Below are positions 49,900 through 60,247 of a DNA stretch of 64,000 nt, in pieces; position 1 is the stretch's first letter; each line of letters starts with the position of its first letter. Source of the stretch: Ohtaekwangia sp. (GTDB lineage: Bacteria > Bacteroidota > Bacteroidia > Cytophagales > Cyclobacteriaceae); NCBI GenBank assembly GCA_035628875.1, contig DASPIZ010000135.1, positions 50,875-114,874 on the forward strand. The letters are read 5' to 3'. The translations under genes and the position numbers were made by a program. A model generated the notes under the pieces. That model had not been told where the DNA came from. It was given only the letters and a program-made list of their open reading frames with translations, and ran no database searches.

Positions 49900-50757
49900 A
49901 TGAATATGAAAATCATACACACACTCTACTTTTTTCTGCTGAGCGGAATTGTCCAGGCGCAGTTGCATCTACCCGAACTTAGCCCGCGAAGTTACCTGAA
50001 ACAAGAAGTAGGATATACAAACATTACTATTTCGTATGGACGACCCGCAACGCGTGGTCGTGTGGTTATGGGGGAAGTTGTTCCCTACAACACACTATGG
50101 CGAACTGGTGCAGGTGAAGGAACCCAGATTTCTTTCGATCGACCCGTTACAATCGCAGGTAAAAAAATTCCAGCCGGGACTTACGCATTCGTCACTATAC
50201 CTGATCGCGATCAATGGACCGTGTTACTCAATACCGATACCAGCAAAATTTATGGCGACCCTGCTGAATATGATTTAAAATTTGAAGCGCTTCGATTTAG
50301 TGTAACTCCGCAAAAATCATCGCGGTTTTATGAATCTCTTACCATTGACTTAGATATTACCAACTACAATGCTGACTTATACCTTTCATGGGAGAATACA
50401 CAAATTCATTTTCCAATTCTCACACATACAGATGAAGAGGCACTAAAACATATTGCACTATCCCTTGAGAAAAATCCCGGGAACGACGAGATGTACGCTG
50501 CGGCAGCTTACTACTACTTTGTGAACCAAAAAGATCCTGACCAGGCGCTTCAATTCATCAACAACGCCTTAAGCATAAAAGAAGACCGGTGGTATTACCT
50601 ACAGAAAATTGACCTGCTAATCCGATTAAAAAATCACAGTGAAGCTATTGTTTTAACCGAAAAAACAATTGAATTCCTAAGAAGAACAAAACCAATTGAA
50701 TGGGAGCATACTGTAAAAAGCATTGAAGCAAAACGCAATAGCTGGCCCCATAAATAA
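49900..50757 (+). CDS. DUF2911 family secreted protein with C-terminal TPR-like region
   Basis: SPRSYLKQEVG, YGRPATRGR, LWRTGAGE, SWENT. Confidence 0.9.
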   Translation: MNMKIIHTLYFFLLSGIVQAQLHLPELSPRSYLKQEVGYTNITISYGRPATRGRVVMGEVVPYNTLWRTGAGEGTQISFDRPVTIAGKKIPAGTYAFVTIPDRDQWTVLLNTDTSKIYGDPAEYDLKFEALRFSVTPQKSSRFYESLTIDLDITNYNADLYLSWENTQIHFPILTHTDEEALKHIALSLEKNPGNDEMYAAAAYYYFVNQKDPDQALQFINNALSIKEDRWYYLQKIDLLIRLKNHSEAIVLTEKTIEFLRRTKPIEWEHTVKSIEAKRNSWPHK

Positions 50758-50949
50758 GGATGCAGCAATAGCTAAAGACCCTGCCGAGGCATGGGCCGTC
50801 CATCTCAGCAAGCTTGGAAATGACAACGTGGCTAGCGTTAAAGCACCTTAAATCGTTCCATCATGCCATTCATCAAAATCCAAGCTTCCGTCTAACCAGT
50901 TTCAATTTCGCATTTCGAAAAACCATTACCTTCGTAGGCTAAGATCGAT

Positions 50950-53391
50950 ATGCATACAACCTTATTTACCTTCAACGCCTTAAAACTAATCATCCTTGCA
51001 GGATTACTTCTAACGTACAGTCATGCCGTTAAGGCGCAAAATCCCAATGAGATTACAATCACCGGCAAAGTGATAGATTCGGTATCTGCGGTTCCCGTAA
51101 GCTTTGCCACGATCCGGGTTTTTAAAAGCAACGCAGGCACGATCGTAACCGGAAGTATTAGCGGCGAAGATGGATCATTCGCTATACCAGTAGCTCCAGG
51201 GCAATATTACGCAGAAATAGACTTTATGGGCTTTCAATCGCAGCGCACAAAAGAATTTACGTTAACGGAGAATCAAAAAAACTATGCGCTACCGGTTATA
51301 AGACTGACTACTTCTGTAAGTCAACTTGATGAGGTAGTTGTTCAGGCTGAAAAAAGCAGCATGGAGCTAACGCTCGACAAAAAAGTTTTTAACGTCGGAC
51401 AGGATCTGGCAAATGCAGGCGGATCAGCAACAGATATTCTTACCAATATACCATCCGTCTCTGTTGATCCGGAAGGAACTGTTAAACTCCGCGGGAGTGA
51501 TAATGTTCGTATTCTCATTGACGGTAAGCCCTCCGGACTGGTGAGTTTTAAAGGTGGCAGCGGATTGCAACAACTCCAGGCTAGCATGATTGAGCGTGTG
51601 GAAGTGATTACAAATCCTTCTGCACGTTATGAGGCAGAAGGCATGGCAGGAATTATTAATATCGTTTTGAAGAAAGAAAGAACACAGGGCTTCAATGGAT
51701 CTTTCGAACTGATTGGCGGCTATCCAACCAATTTCGGTGGCGCAGCTAATCTGAACTACAGGCATAAGAAACTCAACTTTTTTATCAACTATGGGATTGC
51801 CTACCGGAAACAACCTGGCGGAGGAACGTTGTACCAGGAAGTTACGGATGAAAATAGTAATATCACATCCATCCTCGACCAAAAAAGTGATTTCTCCGTC
51901 ATCGGATTCAACAATAACATTCGTGGAGGGCTGGATTACTACTTCAGCGAAAAAAGTATTCTTACCGGATCGTATCTCTACCGCAGAAGTGATGGGCAAC
52001 GGATTACACACATCCGCTATAATAATTTTACATCCCCTAATGATCTTCAAAATACAATACGCCGAAAACAGGACGAAGATGAGATAGAGCCGAACTCCGA
52101 GTATTCGCTGATCTATAAAAAATCATTTGCTAAAAAAGGCCATGAGTTGACTGCTGAAATTAAATTTTTAGATAACTGGGAAAACTCCGACCAACTTTTC
52201 ACGGAACGCTACTTTAATCCTGACGGCTCTGCAGATCCTTCACGTGACAGTGTTGAGCGATCTGTGAATGACGAATTTGAAAAACACTACCTTTTCCAGT
52301 TCGATTTTACAAAACCAATTGGAAAAGAAGGAAAATTCGAAACTGGCATACGCAGCAGTTTCCGGGATATGGTGAATGACTATATCGTTACGCAACGCAA
52401 TGTGTCAGGTGAGTTCGAGGCCATTGAAGGATTGGATAACGTATTTGTGTACGACGAAAACATCCATGCCGTGTACGCGATCTATGGTAATAAAATCAAT
52501 AAGATTTCTTACCAGGCTGGCCTGCGCGCGGAATGGACGGATGTAAAAACGACGCTGCGAAAAACCAGTGAAGTTAATCCCCGTGAGTATGCGAATCTTT
52601 TTCCCAGTGCCCACTTCACCTATGATATGCCACGCGACAACGCCATTCAATTAAGCTATAGCCGAAGAGTAAGGCGCCCGTTTTACAATGACCTGAGTCC
52701 TTTTATGACGTACTCCGATAAGCGAAATTATTTCAGCGGCAACCCTGATCTTGATCCTGAATTCAGTAATGTGTTTGAAGTTGGTCACATAAAATATTTT
52801 GATCTTGGATCATTGTCTTCGTCCATTTATTATCGTGACACGCATGGCAAAATCGATCGTATCAGAACGGTGGATGAGCTGGGCAACGCCGTTACCCTTC
52901 CGGAGAATTTAAATTCCGAAAAGGCCACAGGAATTGAATTCGCCATGGGTTACACACCTTATGAATGGTGGAAGCTTGATTTTAATTTTAATTTCTTTTA
53001 TTCCGAAATCGACGGAAGCAACATCACGGAAACGTATAAAGCCACAACATATAGTTGGTTTGTTCGTCAGACGTCACGTTTTACGTTGCCTAAAAATTTA
53101 AATATTCAGTTGCGTGGAAATTACGAAGCGCCTCAAAATACAGCACAGGGAAAACGGAAGGCGCTGTACTACGCTGACTTTTCCGTCAGTAAAGATGTAT
53201 TCAACAGACGCGGCACGATTACCTTCAACATTTTAGATGTATTCAATTCCAGAAAAACGCGATCAATAACAGAGGGAACAAATTTTTATACAGAAAGTGA
53301 TTTCCAATTCAGACAAAGACAGTTTAACCTTACGATAAATTACCGGATCAACCAGTCTAAAACCAAAAAAGATCCGCTCGATGAAAACTAA
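50950..53391 (+). CDS. TonB-dependent receptor (CarboxypepD-like N-domain, plug, beta-barrel)
   Basis: LDEVVVQAEK, plug LRGSDNVRILIDGKPS, IERVEVITNPSARYEAEG, C-terminal FNLTINYR. Confidence 0.93.
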   Translation: MHTTLFTFNALKLIILAGLLLTYSHAVKAQNPNEITITGKVIDSVSAVPVSFATIRVFKSNAGTIVTGSISGEDGSFAIPVAPGQYYAEIDFMGFQSQRTKEFTLTENQKNYALPVIRLTTSVSQLDEVVVQAEKSSMELTLDKKVFNVGQDLANAGGSATDILTNIPSVSVDPEGTVKLRGSDNVRILIDGKPSGLVSFKGGSGLQQLQASMIERVEVITNPSARYEAEGMAGIINIVLKKERTQGFNGSFELIGGYPTNFGGAANLNYRHKKLNFFINYGIAYRKQPGGGTLYQEVTDENSNITSILDQKSDFSVIGFNNNIRGGLDYYFSEKSILTGSYLYRRSDGQRITHIRYNNFTSPNDLQNTIRRKQDEDEIEPNSEYSLIYKKSFAKKGHELTAEIKFLDNWENSDQLFTERYFNPDGSADPSRDSVERSVNDEFEKHYLFQFDFTKPIGKEGKFETGIRSSFRDMVNDYIVTQRNVSGEFEAIEGLDNVFVYDENIHAVYAIYGNKINKISYQAGLRAEWTDVKTTLRKTSEVNPREYANLFPSAHFTYDMPRDNAIQLSYSRRVRRPFYNDLSPFMTYSDKRNYFSGNPDLDPEFSNVFEVGHIKYFDLGSLSSSIYYRDTHGKIDRIRTVDELGNAVTLPENLNSEKATGIEFAMGYTPYEWWKLDFNFNFFYSEIDGSNITETYKATTYSWFVRQTSRFTLPKNLNIQLRGNYEAPQNTAQGKRKALYYADFSVSKDVFNRRGTITFNILDVFNSRKTRSITEGTNFYTESDFQFRQRQFNLTINYRINQSKTKKDPLDEN

Positions 53392-53863
53392 TACCAACGC
53401 AAACACGCCGATTATGAAATTCTGTTTACCCCTGCTCCTGACTTTTATGTTCGTCTCCTGTAGCGACGCTACTAAAAACCAGGATAGCCCATCCGTTGAT
53501 ATCGAAGGAACCTGGCAGTTGGTTTCTTCCGTTCAGATACAAAACGATTCTACGCATACCGATGATCTCTCCGGTCAAAAGATGATTAAGATTTTGAACA
53601 AGACCCACTTCTCTTTCCTGCGTCACGACTTAGACTCTGGTAAATCGGCATCACCCGTTTTTGTTTCAGGCGGCGGTCGCTATTTCTTCGAAGACCAAAA
53701 ATATACTGAGCACCTGGAGTATTGTAACTTCAGAGAATGGGAAGGCCATGAATTCGATTTCGAAGTAAAATTTATTGGCGATACACTGATCCAGCAAGGT
53801 GTTGAAGAGATTAAAGAACTTGGGGTGAATCGTACGATTATTGAAAAGTATGTTAGGATCTAG
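53381..53863 (+). CDS. Lipocalin-like lipoprotein
   Basis: Lipobox FVSC; IEGTWQLVS; overlaps the receptor stop by 11 bp. Confidence 0.8.
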   Translation: MKTNTNANTPIMKFCLPLLLTFMFVSCSDATKNQDSPSVDIEGTWQLVSSVQIQNDSTHTDDLSGQKMIKILNKTHFSFLRHDLDSGKSASPVFVSGGGRYFFEDQKYTEHLEYCNFREWEGHEFDFEVKFIGDTLIQQGVEEIKELGVNRTIIEKYVRI

Positions 53864-53867
53864 GAAG

Positions 53868-53965
53868 GTACGGGGACGAGGTAAAAGGTACGAAATACGG
53901 GACGAATACAAAGTACAAGAGACGAAGCACGAGGCATGAAGTGTGAGTGACGATGTATAAGGTGC
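53868..53965 (+). repeat. Heptamer array (tacgagg family, degenerate)
   Basis: taaaagg tacgaaa ... tacaaag tacaaga gacgaag cacgagg catgaag directly after the stop. Confidence 0.7.
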
Positions 53966-53990
53966 GTAATAGGACAACGAAGATATGGAA

Positions 53991-54018
53991 AGAGGCTGCC
54001 CATGTTGGGCAGCCTCTT
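53991..54018. terminator. Hairpin/terminator between convergent genes
   Basis: agaggctgccc-atgtt-gggcagcctct. Confidence 0.7.
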
Positions 54019-54023
54019 CTGGT

Positions 54024-55100
54024 TTAGACCAATACTGGTGCGTTTTCGAATACCGGATAATCAGTATATCCTTCAGCTTCCGCGGAATATAATAAATTAT
54101 AATTCGGTTGATTGAACGGTAACTTTTTCTGAAGTCTTTGTACAAGATCTGGATTTGCAAGGAAGGGCCGACCGAACGCTACCAGATCGGCTTTATCTTC
54201 AAGTGCTTCTCTGGCTTTATCTGCATTGTAATCGCCGGCAACTATCAGTGTATTAGTAAAATTTTTCCGAATAGTTGTCAACAGGTCATTTGGAAGTGAC
54301 TGCGTAATAACGTGTAGATAAGCAATATCAAGATCGTTCAATTGTTTTGAAAGATAATCGTATGTTTCATCTACATCAGCATAAACTGGTGTTTCATTAA
54401 ACGTGCTGTAAGGCGAAAGGCGAACACCGACCTTTTCTTTTCCGATAGCACCAATGATGCCTTTTACAATTTCCAATAAAAAACGTGAACGATTGGCCAC
54501 GCTTCCACCATACGCATCGGTGCGTTGATTTGTATGTGGATTTAAAAATTGTTTTACAAGATACCCGTTAGCGCCATGAAGTTCTACACCGTCAAATCCG
54601 GCTTTGATGGCATTCTTAGCTGCTTCAATATGTTCCTTTATGGTAAGGCGAATGTCTTCAGCGGTCATTTCTTTTGCTACTGGAATATCGAGGCTACCTT
54701 TTCCGTCTACCCACATTTTTGTTTCTTTCAGTGGCACAGCGGAAGGAGCCAGTACCTGCGCACCTTGCGGTAAATTATCTGGATGAGTGATGCGTCCTGT
54801 ATGCATGATCTGTATAAAGATTTTGCCATCTCGTTCGTGAACTGCATCCGTTACTTGTTTCCATGCAGCAACCTGTTCTTTATTGAAGATACCAGGAATT
54901 CGCGCATAGCCAAGACCGTTGGGTGAAGGAGATGTACCTTCAGTGATAATCAACCCTGCCGAGGCACGTTGTGCATAATAGGTTTGCACCAGTTCGTTGG
55001 GTTTATTGCCCAGCGCGCGACTACGTGTCATGGGGGCCATCACGGTTCGATTCTTTAAGTCGAGGTTAGCTAATTGGTAAGGGCTGAAGAGTGTCGTCAT
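54024..55100 (-). CDS. Alkene reductase, old yellow enzyme / NemA family
   Basis: MAPMTRSRA, YYAQRASAG, GFDGVELHGANGYL, VAFGRPFLANPDL. Confidence 0.95.
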   Translation of the reverse strand: MTTLFSPYQLANLDLKNRTVMAPMTRSRALGNKPNELVQTYYAQRASAGLIITEGTSPSPNGLGYARIPGIFNKEQVAAWKQVTDAVHERDGKIFIQIMHTGRITHPDNLPQGAQVLAPSAVPLKETKMWVDGKGSLDIPVAKEMTAEDIRLTIKEHIEAAKNAIKAGFDGVELHGANGYLVKQFLNPHTNQRTDAYGGSVANRSRFLLEIVKGIIGAIGKEKVGVRLSPYSTFNETPVYADVDETYDYLSKQLNDLDIAYLHVITQSLPNDLLTTIRKNFTNTLIVAGDYNADKAREALEDKADLVAFGRPFLANPDLVQRLQKKLPFNQPNYNLLYSAEAEGYTDYPVFENAPVLV

Positions 55101-55171
55101 AAAAATACATTGGTTTATTTAAACATTTATATATTTAAGTTTATCGATGTATTTAAGACGAAAAAAAACTC

Positions 55172-55468
55172 TTATTCGTTCCGTAATTTTTCTAAAAAAG
55201 TTGAAAATTGTTCTAAAGCCTTGGTATTCAAGGTATATTTTAGATTACGTCCCTCCTTTTCCGGTTCAATAAGCCCTGCCTGGACCAGAATTTTTACGTG
55301 ATGGGAAATGGACGGCTGGGTCAGGTCGATCACGTCCTGAATATCAGCACAGGGTGCACAGCCACCCTTTTTGGTTATATGAAGTAATATACTGAGGCGG
55401 TTCTTATCACCCAAAGCCTTGGCGATCGTTTCAATCGCCTTGATATCAATAGTTTTTATTGTTGCCAT
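55172..55468 (-). CDS. ArsR/SmtB-family transcriptional regulator
   Basis: AKALGDKNRL, TQPSISHHVKIL; CxxC (CAPC) before the HTH. Confidence 0.92.
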   Translation of the reverse strand: MATIKTIDIKAIETIAKALGDKNRLSILLHITKKGGCAPCADIQDVIDLTQPSISHHVKILVQAGLIEPEKEGRNLKYTLNTKALEQFSTFLEKLRNE

Positions 55469-55514
55469 GATTGTAGGTATACAAACGTATGAAGCATTTT
55501 ATCGTTATAAAAGT

Positions 55515-56656
55515 TCAGACCTTTCGATTATGAAAGATACCAAGTAAGGTCATTACAAACAATAAGAACGCAACGACAACCAAAGCGATACGAAGGTTTT
55601 GCCAATCGGCGATGAAACCGATAACCGGAGGCCCTAACAAAAATCCAGTATATCCTACGGTGGTTACCATGGCGAGGCCAACTCCGGAAGGAAGATCTTT
55701 TGTGCCTCCGGCAATGCTATAGGTAATGGGGACGATCACGGATAACCCCAGACCGACAAAGAACGATCCTGCGATTACAATACCCGCCTCAGGAAATACT
55801 AAGGCGGCGCATAAACCGCTGGTGCTTACAAGTCCCCCTGCAATAATGAGTTTCCAATCGCCAAACATAGCCCTGGCTTTATCGCCAAAGATTCTACCCA
55901 ACGTCATGGCCGTAGCAAATGTGGACAGGGCAATGGGCGCTAAAGTTTTACTGGTATGTACAACGTTTTCCATATAGTTTACCGACCAATCTGCCATAGA
56001 ACCTTCTGCTAACATACAACAGAATGCAATTATTCCTATTCGGACCAGCGCACCGTTCGGCATCCTGAATAACGGGCCTTCATGTTTTATTGATGGATCG
56101 GGCTTATCGTGTACGAGGCGTTTGCTAAACCATATTGTTACCAGCAGCGCCCCTGCTACCACTGTTGAAAAATGATAAAACAAATCGAAAGAGAACTCAA
56201 CAAACAAGGCACCACTCCATGCACCCAACGCCATGCCTATACTAATAAAGCGTGAAACGAAGTCATGATGGGACGATTGTATGCTTGCTCTACCATAACT
56301 GCCTGTGCATTCATGGCTACGTCGAACATGCCTGTGGCTATACCCAGCAAAAAGTATAAGCCCATCAACACCATCCAATTTGGCATAAACGGAATTAGTG
56401 GAATAACGGCACAATAGATTAAGGCTACAACGATGGTGATCTTCCGGCTTCCGTTTTTTATGATTGCCCATCCGGTAAAGGGCATGGCACCTACCGCTCC
56501 CATTGAACACGCCAGTAACACCAAACCGATGGTTCCATTGTCGGCACCATAAAGTTCCTGTATCCTTGGCAATCGCGAAACCCAATTGGCATAGATAAAG
56601 CCATTGATAAAAAACGCGGCATTAACAGCAAGGCGATTTTTGAGTAAAGGTTTCAA
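55515..56656 (-). pseudogene. MFS transporter split by a 1-bp deletion (pseudogene or sequencing error)
   Basis: The N-half ends ...RPIMTSFHALLV*; the C-half frame reads SIGMALGA.... One extra T at 56244-56245 (GCT TTA TT[T] AGT) restores HALFSIGMALG. Confidence 0.85.
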
Positions 56657-56687
56657 TGCCGTTTCAATGTGTAAGCCGCAGATGAAG

Positions 56688-59108
56688 TTAATTCAAATTC
56701 ATTTCCTTCACGGAAAAAGTACACTGACCTGATCCTGCTAATCCGTTGGTGGTTAATCCCTCCACAACAACCTGATATTGTCCAGACAGATCAGAAGTAT
56801 AAAATTCCAACTCATAAATTCCCTGATCATTGGTTGTTACATTTGGCGACCAGAAAAGTAGGTTTCGATGATCCGGTATACGCGCATTTCTTTCCGCTTG
56901 TTTTTCATATTGTGGTGAATAAAACTCCAGCTGACGTTGTAAGCCTTCATAATCAACAACCAAGGCCCGTGGATCAAGCTGGAATCCGCCCAGGTCGCCC
57001 TGATATGTTGAATAACTCACGATTCCAGGTGCTATGATCGGCCCCACGTAAAACGTATTCATCACTACGTCAAGCCGTTTAACTTTCAAAGGCGAAAAAG
57101 CCATGATTCTGTCTACATCGAACACTGGAACACCATCAAGCAACACAAGCGGATCATCGGGAAGAATACCACCTTCCTCCTGATTCACGACAAGAAAGTG
57201 AAATCCGTCCCGTTTCTTTCTCACCAAAACACCCGGAACATACTCTCGCATCACTTCTTCCATCACCGGGAAACGGGTATAGGTATCAAGAAAGTAACGC
57301 TGATTAGGTTTACCATAAAAAGGCAAGCTATCTGTGTTGCTCTTCACCACTTGCTCAAGGCTTTCCCGGTTATATATGTCCTGAATTTGCATGCCCATAC
57401 TTCTTGTAAGCAGGGCATCAGCACGTCTTTCTGATAGATGTAACATTGGAACCTGTACCGTTGCATGCGCGGTGCTGAATGGATTATCCACCGTGATTGT
57501 TAACGTACTGTCGCGTTGAGTATTGGTTTGAATAACCAGCTTTCGTGCTCCTGAAAGGTTCGATGTTTCATAAAAAATCTCCCCTTGGGGGTTACTGCGC
57601 GCGCCATAGAGGGAAACCATTTTTCCCGGCGAAGACATGTAGGTCAAAACGCCAGCCACAGGACTTCCATTACTGGACAATACTTTAGCTTTAACAAGGT
57701 GCCCGCGATATTCAGGTATAAACGAATACGCAGGTGCCTTTCCAAAAACATCTTTCCAGGTGAAGCGTCTCCAACCATGGGTGAGCATTAAGTTATCTGC
57801 GCATTTTTTTACCAGAGAATCACTGCTGTTAAAATAATATGCCGGCGATTCAACCTCACCTTTTAAATCGGAGGAGAGAAACAGGTATTCAAAGATGCCA
57901 TCCGTTGGTGGTAATGATAAGGAATCCAATTTATACACCGATATCGATAGATTTGCCTGTGCAGGTTCATCCACTGAGGCAGTGTTTATTTTCAGGGAAA
58001 CCTTTCTTCGAATGCCATATTGTTTTTGATCCGTTTGTACCGTAGCAGAAAGTTTTTGTTCCGGCATCTTAAAATACAATCGCTCACACACCGGATTATT
58101 GTTCGTATCAAAAATTGTGAGGTGGGAAATCCCATCTGGCAGTTTATCTTTTGATATGACAAAGACGGCATCTTCAGGGTTAACGGGTTTAACTTCAGCA
58201 TGGACGAGAAAATTTCGCGCATGAACCAAAAGTCCGGCAACGGCACGTAATCTCAAATTTTCGTCACTAAAGCGTACGAGAACTTTAAGCATAGTATCGG
58301 TGCTATCACTTACCTCCATGACATAACCGTTTTCTTGTACCGTCGGAAAGGGATGAACAGACGTGTGTCCTGATTCATCCACCAGCACAGCGCGGTACGT
58401 AACGTCCACCATCGGTGTAAAATAAAAGCTTCCAAGGCCGAATTTCAACGGTACTGCCATCGCAACGGTATCACTATTGGAATCTGTAATGATAACCTTT
58501 CCGGAGATCGCCTTTTGTTCAGTTCCTGTCATTTTAAATGCAATCCGACTTCTCAGACCGGCTACCAGGTTACCGCCTTCCGGAAAGAGGTCTAATGTAT
58601 TCTTAATTGTTGGCGCGTCTTCTTCAGCACCTGACTCTGCTTTTACAAAGGGATTTACGATGCTGATGGCTTTATGAAAGTAAAAAGCAGGATCAAAGTT
58701 CTTCATCCATTGTGTATGGGCGCGCACATAGTAATTACCGGATGAAAGTGTAGCCGGAATAAACAAAGACCCACCGCCACCATTTTCCCGTAATGATACT
58801 TTGGTCTGCAATACAGGTTTATGATCCTTATCCATTACTTCAACATACGCTACTTTACTAATATCCATTGGCCTGTGCAGGCTTGCATCTACGGCATAAA
58901 TTTTAAACCAGAGTATTTCACCGGTTAAAAGAAAAGTCTGATCCAGGTGGAGATACAACTTCTCCTGTAAAGCATGTTCACGATAAGATTTAAATGATTG
59001 CTCGAAATTATCTGTGGGCTTTTGCGCCAACCCTGTTTGTGCGATACAAACAAAGCATACCAGGTTCAATACAACAATTATTCTTTTCATTCGGTGTATA
59101 AAGATCAT
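56688..59108 (-). CDS. Large secreted protein with macroglobulin (MG2)-like N-domain and TonB-plug-like region
   Basis: QEKLYLHLDQ...GEILWFKIY, FPEGGNLVAG, LLTHGWRRF-like LMLTHGWRRF, LLDGVPV, DHRNLLFWSP, FYTSDLSGQY. Confidence 0.8.
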   Translation of the reverse strand: MIFIHRMKRIIVVLNLVCFVCIAQTGLAQKPTDNFEQSFKSYREHALQEKLYLHLDQTFLLTGEILWFKIYAVDASLHRPMDISKVAYVEVMDKDHKPVLQTKVSLRENGGGGSLFIPATLSSGNYYVRAHTQWMKNFDPAFYFHKAISIVNPFVKAESGAEEDAPTIKNTLDLFPEGGNLVAGLRSRIAFKMTGTEQKAISGKVIITDSNSDTVAMAVPLKFGLGSFYFTPMVDVTYRAVLVDESGHTSVHPFPTVQENGYVMEVSDSTDTMLKVLVRFSDENLRLRAVAGLLVHARNFLVHAEVKPVNPEDAVFVISKDKLPDGISHLTIFDTNNNPVCERLYFKMPEQKLSATVQTDQKQYGIRRKVSLKINTASVDEPAQANLSISVYKLDSLSLPPTDGIFEYLFLSSDLKGEVESPAYYFNSSDSLVKKCADNLMLTHGWRRFTWKDVFGKAPAYSFIPEYRGHLVKAKVLSSNGSPVAGVLTYMSSPGKMVSLYGARSNPQGEIFYETSNLSGARKLVIQTNTQRDSTLTITVDNPFSTAHATVQVPMLHLSERRADALLTRSMGMQIQDIYNRESLEQVVKSNTDSLPFYGKPNQRYFLDTYTRFPVMEEVMREYVPGVLVRKKRDGFHFLVVNQEEGGILPDDPLVLLDGVPVFDVDRIMAFSPLKVKRLDVVMNTFYVGPIIAPGIVSYSTYQGDLGGFQLDPRALVVDYEGLQRQLEFYSPQYEKQAERNARIPDHRNLLFWSPNVTTNDQGIYELEFYTSDLSGQYQVVVEGLTTNGLAGSGQCTFSVKEMNLN

Positions 59109-60244
59109 GGCCAGAATTCAGGTTTTGTAGTAACACCTCCATACACTCTACAATCCAGACATTGTGTATTGGCAATACTATAGCCAGCCGGCTTAGTGTC
59201 CATTCCAACATAAAACGGAGAAACAAGTAAAGTTCCAGTGGCACGAAGGAGCAGCTCTTCCATTACAACATTTGTTAATTCACAATAAGGCCACCTGTAT
59301 TCCCAGTAATCATCGGGTAAGTCTTCTGGTACAATATACATGTGATGTTCACTCACCTTAGCGCCATAAAATAATCCAATTACAGTTTCACTGGGATCAC
59401 TTAAGTTAGTTATGTTGCCAATAACCTGACCAGGCATTGGATCGAAAAGACCACCCACATTTTCCGTCGTTTTGTATAAGCTTAACCAATATGAGTATGC
59501 CTCTTCCGTAAGCGCGATCTGTTGTACCTTGAAACTATACCGCTTGGTGATTTTAATCGACTCCCTTGGAATGGTAAGCAGCACATTATTTCGAATCATG
59601 TCTAAAGACAAATCTTCAGTTGTACCGATTAATATCGAGGTTGAGTTATCTGTACGCCAACAACGGTATATCTGATCTTCCAGTGCGCGAGGTTCGACTT
59701 CACCACCTTTAAGAACATACCCGGAATAAAATGGAACGGTGTATTCGTATATTTCTTCAAACTTCCAGCGATAATATTTACTCTTACCTGAAGGGTCACT
59801 GGTATTCAATTTAATTTCAAGGCCTTCAGGTTTTGGGTCCCAAAATACATCTTCGATCGGAGGTGTTTGTTTTATTTCCACGAATGCCGAAGCATATTCA
59901 TTGTTTTCATGGCTTATTTTTATTCTGTACTTTTTATCAAAATCAACGACAACTTCTGAAATGCTGTACGTGCCAGGAGGATGTTCAATCAGGTTCATAA
60001 CAAAACCATCCTGCTCCTCAAGTTGCACTGTTGCGTCAGAAACCGGAAGCTGTAAGTTTTCTTCTAACCCCATTGTTTTCGAAAGTTTAACAACAGCTGA
60101 CGCGTTTGTGGCGTCCACAAAACCATCTACGACCAAATAGCTCGGTGCATTTTTAATTGCAGGTGGATCGTACGGTTCTACGCAACCCGTAATCACCAGC
60201 AAGGCGACCACCACCACGTCTTTGAATATATTGGTAACGTTCAT
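59105..60244 (-). CDS. DUF4249 family lipoprotein
   Basis: Lipobox ITGC-VEPY; YLVVDG; KYYRW; GGLFDPMP; C-terminal CLDCR...KPEFWP. Confidence 0.9.
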   Translation of the reverse strand: MNVTNIFKDVVVVALLVITGCVEPYDPPAIKNAPSYLVVDGFVDATNASAVVKLSKTMGLEENLQLPVSDATVQLEEQDGFVMNLIEHPPGTYSISEVVVDFDKKYRIKISHENNEYASAFVEIKQTPPIEDVFWDPKPEGLEIKLNTSDPSGKSKYYRWKFEEIYEYTVPFYSGYVLKGGEVEPRALEDQIYRCWRTDNSTSILIGTTEDLSLDMIRNNVLLTIPRESIKITKRYSFKVQQIALTEEAYSYWLSLYKTTENVGGLFDPMPGQVIGNITNLSDPSETVIGLFYGAKVSEHHMYIVPEDLPDDYWEYRWPYCELTNVVMEELLLRATGTLLVSPFYVGMDTKPAGYSIANTQCLDCRVYGGVTTKPEFWP

Positions 60245-60247
60245 AGG

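Noticed and set aside
53666-54160. 164-aa minus-strand ORF
   Set aside because: It overlaps two real genes, a terminator hairpin and a heptamer array, and has low-complexity translation.
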